Below, in pieces: positions 56,689 through 64,000 of a stretch of DNA of 64,000 bases. Source of the stretch: Eledone cirrhosa (taxonomy: Eukaryota); the NCBI GenBank assembly GCA_964016885.1, contig OZ024740.1, forward strand, positions 403,868,001 to 403,932,000, in the 5' to 3' direction. Made by a program: the position numbers and the translations under genes. The notes under the pieces were generated by a model. That model had not been told where the DNA came from. It saw only the letters and a list, made by a program, of their open reading frames with translations, and did no database searches. Each line of letters opens with the position of its first letter. The stretch's first letter is position 1.

Positions 56689-57344
56689 ACCCCAACCACA
56701 CGCGTGCACTCATTGCAATTGTATATAATATCACTGGTAATGTCTACTTTTCAGAGAAAGTGTCACAGTGTATTTTTTTCGTAACGAAAAAATATTTCTT
56801 TACTTTTAGTTATGAAAAATGTTTTATCTTTGATAGTGAGGCTACCAATATGTTTATTGTATATAAGCATATAATATATGCTTTCATATATACCACTATA
56901 ATGCTTAAACAGTGTCTTATTGCTACTGTCAATGAATTATAAACTGCCAAGTTCGCACTATATGCAAATGAGCATTTCCATTAAATGTTCATTAGACACA
57001 ATGTATATAGACTCTAGGCCATTCCCAAGTCAGTACCGGTTGAACGAATGCCACTGCTGAAAGATTATCGAAGTGATACACAAATGGGAATTAAAAGGCA
57101 TATTATCACTGTAAGTGAAGTTGAGAAAAAAACTAGGTTGAAAAACGTACCTGGACCATATCATATTGATTAAAATCGATATAATCGATAAAAAAATCTC
57201 AGATAGGTTTCTGGGAATTCTGGAAGTTATATAACAAGTTGCATAATGCCCATGCAATACATGTGTGCTCTTCCACGATGGAACTGGAGGTCCATTCATC
57301 GGCAGGCTTTGTTCCTTATGCCCACAGTTCGGTCTGATAGCAGA

Positions 57345-57393
<49 letters not shown>

Positions 57394-57437
57394 TTGAAAA
57401 ATAACATGGCCGGCTGTACAAAAAGGATTTTATTTCT

Positions 57438-57550
57438 AGTATTAACAATTGTTTCATTGATCAAGTGAGTATAAAGGCCGCTAGTCACTCGAAGTTGCGT
57501 CACTCAACCTTAAATACAGTGTTTGCTTCTGATCAAATCATCGGAATACT
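57438..57550 (-). ncRNA. Type I hammerhead-like motif with extended stem II (core CCGAUGA), in the inverted pseudo-LTR
   Basis: Minus strand reads AGTATT CCGATGA T TTGATCAG [~64 nt] TTGATCAA T GAA AC AATT GT T AATACT. Confidence 0.65.
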
Positions 57551-57575
57551 GGAGGTTTTACATATGGCATTGGTA

Positions 57576-58997
57576 ACAGACATAGTTGGAATATATATAG
57601 TGCATAACTTACATAATGAATTTAGTAACCTCCAAGGAGAAATTTATAGAGACGACACGCTCCTTTTAGCTAAAAACTTAAATAATCAAAACATGGAAAG
57701 ATTACGGAAAAACATCAGAGTCTTCTTCAACAAACTAGGCCTAGGCATCACTTTCGAACTTAACTCTAAAAAAGCAAACTTTTTAGATGTAACACTCAAC
57801 CTAAACACAGGACTAATAGAGCTCTTTCATAAAAATAACGAGAATCTAGCCTACATTAGTTATAACTCAAACCACCCTCGATCCATAATTAACTCCATCG
57901 CACATAGTATGCCCCTCAGAATATCCCGCCTATCTTCTAACCTAGAGGTTTTTAACGAACACGCGAACTACTATAACATAGCTGTACATAAGGCAGACCT
58001 TAAGGAGAGGCTCAAATACATACCAGATAGAGACAGCAACAACAAACCTAACGACAGCTACACTACCCACACCTATAGAAATAACAAATATAGAACTAAA
58101 CATGGAAATAGACAATGAGCACCAAAAATAATTGAACCGAATAATAATATAGGGAACCCTAGGAATTATAGAAAATCCAGAGATAGGAAATACTTATGGT
58201 TCAATCCAATATTCAACTCCTCTATAAAAACCAAATTACCTTCTACATTCTTTAAGCTAATTGACAAACACTTCCCTAAACTACACAAATACCATAGAAT
58301 CGTTAACAGAAAAACTATCAAACTCTCTTACTCTACTGCAGCCAACATAGAATCACACATACATAAAATCAACTATAAAAGAATATCTAAGGAAAATAAC
58401 CTACCAACATAGACCATAGCACCAAATACAAAACACAAACACATAACAACATCAGAACCACACACACATCAGGGCGCATCGCAACAAAACATCAATAAGC
58501 CTAAATCTCATCCCATCCATAACAACATACAAAACCGCAACGGAGAACCTGCACACAGAAAGGCCTCCGACTGTAACTGCCACCTGCCGGATAAGTGCCC
58601 ACTACAAAATAGATGCTTGGAATCAAGTATAGTGTACCTGTGTACTATCAATTCGGGCAACTTAGCATGGCACTACATAGGTTCTACGGCTGGGGAATTC
58701 AAAAAAAGATGGGACGTTCACAGACATTCTATGAAGAACCGTAGACTAGAGAACTCAACAACGCTGGCCAATTAATTCTGGCAGCTTAAGGACACAAGCT
58801 AGGAATATGGGATTAGCTGGTCGAAATTATCGGGAGCAAGGGCCTACGACAATGGAATGTCCCACTGCGGACTTTGTAATATGGAGCTGTTCCATATTTT
58901 AAAGGATGATAAAATGCTGCTGAACAGCAAAATAAAACTATCAATTTTCTGTAGGCACAAAGCAGCTACGAAGTTCACAAATTTCAAACCAACATGA
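57576..58997 (+). pseudogene. Penelope-like RT (from the YRDD region) plus GIY-YIG endonuclease, single frame with 4 in-frame stops
   Basis: My translation gives IYRDDTL, NFLDVTLNL, YISYNSNHP, LRISRLSSN, WFNPIF, FFKLIDKHFP, NRKTIKLSYS, CNCHLPDKCPLQNRC (CxCx5Cx5C), IVYLC...HYIGST, FKKRW..H, CGLCNME and CRHK. Stops at 58116 (TGA), 58410 (TAG), 58773 (TAA), 58800 (TAG); natural stop at 58995-58997. Confidence 0.93.
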
Positions 58998-59704
58998 TTC
59001 GATCCAGAAATCTCAGAATTCAAGCAGAACCACCCGGATTTTAATGTACTGACTACATACCACCCACTGTTATTAGCTGTCAACTGACCAACTGGTCACT
59101 AAATCAACATCATAAATCTCCCAACCTTTCTTCCACTCTCTCTCCCTAAAGCTGCATCCCCCCCCATTAAGATAAGACAATCAGCCTGCCAGGCATTTAC
59201 CACCCATATATCAAACTCTCCCTCTCAATTTTTTTATTCTCTATCTACCTATCTACTCCTTCTCCAGTTTAGCCCAACCCCTTATGTCTCATCCTCGTAT
59301 CACCACCCCACTCTCTGTCTCCTGTCCTGTATCCCTTCCCCTTTCACTTAATTTTTAATTTATTACTTTTTATCTTTTATCTGTTATTTGTTACTATATT
59401 TTTTTAATTTCTACACTAATCCTCTGAGATTTGACCACTACGTATGTATGTATTTAATGTTTCTTTTCATGTTAGTATTATCTCTACCCTCATCACATCT
59501 TTACACATACACTTACTTACCACTGTAACTTTGACCACCACCACTGTTATCAGCAATCGCATTCTGTATTTATTATTTTTTTACTTATTTTTTTCCTCTT
59601 TATCATCTTCATTCTAACTTCTTTATTATTATCTTTTATTATTGATGTTATTGTTTTGATTCTCCGTTGTATCTATATATACCAATGCCATATGTAAAGC
59701 CTCC

Positions 59705-59817
59705 AGTATTCGGATGATTTGATCAGAGGTAAACACTGTATTTAAGGTCGAGTGACGCAACTTCGAGTGATTAACGGTCTTTAGATTCACCTGATCAATG
59801 AAACAACTGTTAATACT
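59705..59817 (+). ncRNA. Type I hammerhead-like motif with extended stem II (core CGGAUGA), in the 3' pseudo-LTR
   Basis: AGTATT CGGATGA T TTGATCAG [~64 nt] CTGATCAA T GAA AC AACT GT T AATACT. 6-bp stem I and 8-bp basal stem II. Confidence 0.6.
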
Positions 59818-60016
59818 TGAAATAAAGCCCCTTGTACAGTCGACCATGTTATTCTTCAATCTTTCACTATTATTACTCCAAGAATAATTTGCATAGGAAT
59901 TCTCACTAACTATGAAAACCTCTTGTTGAGTCAAACAACGCCGTACGTTAGAACTATCCACAATACAGAGTACTCACAACCTCTAACTGGATTACCTATA
60001 ACGATAACTTGTTATC

Positions 60017-60018
<2 letters not shown>

Positions 60019-60079
<61 letters not shown>
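60019..60079. repeat. (TA)n separating stacked insertions
   Basis: Direct reading; similar tracts at 57348-57391 and 61280-61365. Confidence 0.95.
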
Positions 60080-60082
<3 letters not shown>

Positions 60083-60342
60083 GGAAACAATGAAACGAAA
60101 TTTCATTTCCCACTCTTAGTCCGGCTGTTACTTAAATATAAGTATGTACACGTACATACATATATGTATACAGACGTACAGTAGTATGTATATATATATA
60201 CATACATGCACACATATATATATGTACGTATGGATTGACCAAACATTTATTATAATGTTCGGTGTGTTTGTAAACAAACATCCCGTATAAAGCCGCAGTG
60301 TCTAGCACCACCGTTGCTCGTTTGTTCAACACTGACAAAGGA

Positions 60343-60385
60343 ACGCTGTACTAGTTTCAAGCTTGTTAGCTATCGTCAGCAACGT
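60343..60385 (-). ncRNA. Minimal type I hammerhead ribozyme
   Basis: Minus strand reads ACGTTG CTGACGA T AGCT AACA AGCT T GAA AC TA GT A CAGCGT; core intact. Confidence 0.88.
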
Positions 60386-60546
60386 ATACCTTCCTGCCAG
60401 ATTGTTGAACGTATATACTTTCCTTTTGCATATTAACGGCTGAGTAGCCCAATTTGCATATCGAGTGGGTTAATCGGCAGGGTGCACCGAAAACGATAAA
60501 CGGAAAAAGTGAAATGAAATTTCATTTCCCGAACATTATAATAAAT

Positions 60547-60735
60547 ATTAGGGCGTGGATTGGCAGTATCGGTAGAGGGTCGGACGCCATGCTTTCCAGC
60601 TTAGTTACGTCCCTTTACGATCTGAGTTCAAATCCCGCCGAGGTTGACTTTGCCTTTCATCCTTACGGGGTCGATAAAATAAAGTACCAGTAATGCACTG
60701 GGTAATTTGCTGGCCTTGTGCCTAACGTAGAAACA
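60547..60735 (+). mobile_element. Family A SINE nested in the retrozyme-like element, 12-bp TSD
   Basis: ATTATAATAAAT at 60535-60546 and 60736-60747. Removing the SINE restores CCGAACATTATAATAAATGTTTGG as seen at 61158-61181. Confidence 0.95.
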
Positions 60736-61033
60736 ATTATAATAAATGTTTGGTGAATCCATACGTCCATATATATATGTGTGCATGTATGTATATATAT
60801 ATACATACTACTGTACGTCTGTATACATATATGTATGTACGTATACATACTTATATTTAAGTAACAGCCGTACTAAGAGTGGGAAAGGAAATTTCGTTTC
60901 ATTTTTTCCGTTTATCGTTTTCGGTGCACCCGGCCGATTAACCCACTCGATATGCAAATTGGGCTACTCAGCCGTTAATATGCATAAGGAAAGTATATAC
61001 TTTCGGACGTTCAACAATCTGGCAGGAAAGTAT

Positions 61034-61076
61034 ACGTTGCTGACGATAGCTAACAAGCTTGAAACTAGTACAGCGT
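61034..61076 (+). ncRNA. Minimal type I hammerhead ribozyme
   Basis: ACGTTG CTGACGA T AGCT AACA AGCT T GAA AC TA GT A CAGCGT; cut predicted after 61070. Confidence 0.88.
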
Positions 61077-61277
61077 TCCTTTGTCAGTGCTGAACAAACG
61101 AGCAACGGTGGTTGCTAGACACTGCGGCTTTATACGGGATGTTTGTTTACAAACATACCGAACATTATAATAAATGTTTGGTGAATCCATACGTACATAT
61201 ATATATGTATGCATGTATGTATATATATATACATACTACTGTACGTCTGTATACATATATGTATGTACGTATACATA

Positions 61278-61350
<73 letters not shown>

Positions 61351-61551
61351 ATATATATATATATAGTTGTTATATAGTAAGGTGCATTATTGGTTGTGTA
61401 AAATGGTCTAATAACTTTACGTTAGCAATATTAAGTTCTCCACGCTTTTGTATATCTCCAATTCCATTCAAGGGAACAGCTAGATGATGTAAAACGGAGT
61501 ATAAGTATCAAAAGGAAAATCCGAAGGCAAGGTAAAATTCCAATCATTTAA

Positions 61552-61625
61552 TCACGACACATGTTTCAATAAGAGATAGATCGATTGTGAAGCCATGATC
61601 GATTATCACTGATCTCATCAGGTGA
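61552..61625 (-). ncRNA. Type I hammerhead ribozyme in the 3' terminus of the second Penelope-like element
   Basis: Minus strand reads TCAC CTGATGA [GATCAGTGATA ATCGAT CATGGCTTCACA ATCGAT CTATCTCTTATT] GAA AC ATGT GT C GTGA. Canonical core, GUC site, palindromic ACAUGU in stem-loop III, imperfect 47-nt stem II. Confidence 0.8.
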
Positions 61626-62133
61626 AAATGAATTGTCTTCAAATTCTTGATATGAGGGAGAAAAATAACGATGTTCTCTCACAGAATTCATTCCCTCATA
61701 TGAAGACACACCAGTCAGAGACACGGCGACTGCTATTAACTTTAGTTGAGGTCATAAAAGTTTTCAGATTTCTATCGCTGCAAAAGACGCTGGACATCAA
61801 TCAAATATGTAGGGATACAGTCAGTCACAGTTAATGTGAGTGGGTACACACACATTCCACACCCACATATTGAGGTCAAAGAAAAATATATACATATATA
61901 TACACACATCAACACAGTATTAAACCTGTAGAGTTAGTGTGGGTGGGTACACATACTCTCACACACACCGAAGCGATGTCCGAGAAAAAACAAATATAAG
62001 AAAACAAATAAATAAATATAAGAATGTACCAACACAGCACTCACCGAAAGTTAGCTCACAAAACAACAGAAGCTATATTGGTCAAATCTCAATTTGACGA
62101 TGTAAATTGGAAATATTGGGTTAACCAACGCCC

Positions 62134-62250
<117 letters not shown>

Positions 62251-63188
62251 GCAAGTAAGTTCAGTTCAGTGTTCTGCTATACGTGTATAGATTGAATTGT
62301 AACATCCATATCTTCAAGTGCATGTTATGGTATATACACATCCGAATCGTCCAAAAAAGGGTATGTCCGGGTATATACACATCCATGTGAAATGCAAGCA
62401 ATCAGCTCATATCGAACTCAGTATGTACCGCTGTCCCATTGAGAATCCGAGTCACCAAATCCGTGCGTACAAGCAACCGCAATGTAGGCCAGCAAAAGGC
62501 TCCGTGTAGGGTTGGGTATTGGGTAAATGCGTCCGTAAGTGCGATTTTCCGTCATATGGGCCAATGAGCTTTTAAGATAGTTGTTTGAGTGGTGGAGGTG
62601 TGTTATCCAACACAGAAGGTGAAGTAAAAAAAAGGCACAGGTTAGTAAAATCCAAAGGATGTGTGTAGGCCCATTAATGGTGTGTCAGTATTATTGTTCA
62701 ATCCGTAACAGTGAGTCCTCCATGGATAGATGATCACGGATCAAAACCTAGTGTAATGTTCAGTCGGTAGGAACGTGACAGTCGTAATTGTGGGAGCTCA
62801 ATGTCTAAAGGAAACGGGTACTGTGTGTAGAGTTATGTATAGAGAGCGTAATCGGTCCTAACTAAATGTGTAATACGACTAGCTATATCCCAACTGAGAG
62901 AACTCAATGGTTAGGGTATCTTAAAGTAAAGGTAGGTACACGTAATTGGTCATGTCCGAGTGTGCAATCAATTACTAACTAGGTATACTAAGTGTGTAAT
63001 CAATCTAACTATTTACTAGCTAGGTATTCTAAAAAAGTGCACTCAGCTGTGAGAACCCCGTGGAAACAGGCCGAGTATCGTTTGTAAGTGCGCAAACAAT
63101 CTTAACCGTCTAACTACCTGAGTGTGTGACTGTCTGTTTATTGAGAGAACTCTATGGCTAAAGTAGAGAGGAAGGAGTTAGTGGTAGG

Positions 63189-64000
63189 TTACCTTCCAAA
63201 AATCCTGCGGGAGGTTTTCGAGGATCTATGTTGGCAGTTGCTGAAGAAATCTGCTCTCCTATTAATTAATAGAGGGCCGCCTCTAATAATATTTAAAAGT
63301 TTCAGCTATACATAAATTGCAAACGCCAGTGCTGCCGTTATAAGGTTGGGCTGAGCAAACTATGGACCAGGATAAGGAGTGCTCTATATTCTGGTGTTTA
63401 AGCTTCCAGACTAATTCAGAAAGTGCTGTGCTATTTTTTTTATCTAATCTATTAAAGGTATGGCGGTGATTATACCATCCATCCTTAAATTCCGTGGCAG
63501 TTGCCCCAACATACCTAAAGGTTCTATCAGGAGTGGAGACCTTACAGTCGTAGACTATGTTTTTGGTAAGGCATTTCCCAGCCATGGGGCAGGTGGCGGT
63601 GCTTCTGCAGTTACATTTTTTGCTATCGACCTGGGTAGTTCCAGATGGACCATGGTACCTTTGGGGTCGGGTCTCAGTTCCCGTCTGCTCTATGGGTATA
63701 TTCCCTGGGGTTGGGGAGACCCGACTCGCCTCACGTGTATGAGTCAGTTCCTCAATAGAGCTGCCATTGTTCCTGCCATGCCTAATTCCCTCATGGGGTG
63801 TCCTAAGTCTAATATAATTCATCTTAGCTATATTCTGAGCTATGTTACTAGTTGTGGAGTAGGACAGCTTGATGGTATTTCTATTGAATATTTTATAATA
63901 TCTGTGCGATCTAGGGAAGCATTTGTCTAAGGCCTTAAAGAAAAACTTAGCTATACTAGTGGTCAGGCCAGTGGAGTAAGGGGGATTATACCACAGGACT
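63189..64000 (-). pseudogene. Penelope-like polyprotein C-terminus (post-RT linker plus GIY-YIG endonuclease), one frameshift near the end
   Basis: Open from the window edge: VLWYNPPYS...FFFKALDKCFP...KIFNRNTIKLSYS...CNCRSTATCPMAGKC...IVYDC...RYVGAT...STALSELVWKLK...CNLCIAE. After a 1-nt shift near 63293 it continues IIRGGPLLINRRADFFSNCQHR to TAA at 63191-63189. Confidence 0.9.

Larger units (their letters stand above)
57392..60018 (+). mobile_element. 5'-truncated Penelope-like retroelement (Naiad-type) with an inverted partial pseudo-LTR at the 5' end, inserted in (TA)n
   Basis: 57392-57575 is the reverse complement of ~59680-59862. Internal RT plus GIY-YIG frame, pyrimidine-rich 3' UTR, hammerhead-like motif in the terminal repeat, (TA)n on both sides. 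Confidence 0.92.
60078..61279. mobile_element. Candidate retrozyme insertion 2: head-to-head, longer-than-unit copies of the 428-bp hammerhead unit, interrupted by a SINE
   Basis: Antisense copy at 60078-60530: TAAACGGAAA...TTTCATTTCCC recurs at 60078 and 60497. Sense copy at 60529-61279: TGGTGAATCCATACG recurs at 60751 and 61179, giving a period of 428. (TA)n on both sides. Confidence 0.82.

Noticed and set aside
57019-57110. Possible exon AIPKSVPVERM... resembling the aldo-keto reductase IPKS motif, with a GTAAGT donor
   Set aside because: Similarity is limited to a few residues and no other exons were found.
57465-57575. N-terminus of the 217-aa ORF and the similar 110-aa ORF at 59629-59961
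   Set aside because: These are antisense translations of the pseudo-LTR; RT similarity starts only at ~57576.
58116-58118. In-frame TGA as selenocysteine (some Naiad elements encode selenoproteins)
   Set aside because: It lies in a low-complexity linker, not at a conserved Cys, and the same frame also has TAG and TAA stops, so ordinary decay is the simpler explanation.
63460-63930. 156-aa plus-strand ORF
   Set aside because: Antisense shadow of the Penelope-like endonuclease frame.

Overview
AT-rich eukaryotic (metazoan) genomic DNA with no intact host gene that I can recognise. The SINE families and the (TA)n/(CA)n/(GA)n density resemble an octopus/cephalopod genome; this is recognition from memory and is not verified. 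Positions 1 to ~39,560 are one homogeneous 50-bp tandem satellite (~790 monomers). It has three variant domains, nested kb-scale duplications and an abrupt right edge. The remaining 24 kb is a mosaic of retroelements: about 11 copies of one tRNA-type SINE family (several with clear TSDs), decayed RTE-like and L1/Tx1-like LINE fragments, and two Penelope-like elements (Naiad-type; one with RT and GIY-YIG, one cut by the window edge). Several short Penelope-type 3'-end insertions sit in (TA)n tracts. The most notable signal is a set of type I hammerhead ribozyme motifs. Four lie in a non-coding 428-bp unit inserted twice (49.5-50.3 kb and 60.1-61.3 kb) as head-to-head, circularly permuted copies, some longer than one unit. 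This is a candidate retrozyme (circular-RNA retroelement) probably mobilised by Penelope-like elements. The others lie in the termini of the Penelope-like elements, including one with an ~80-nt stem II and a non-canonical core.
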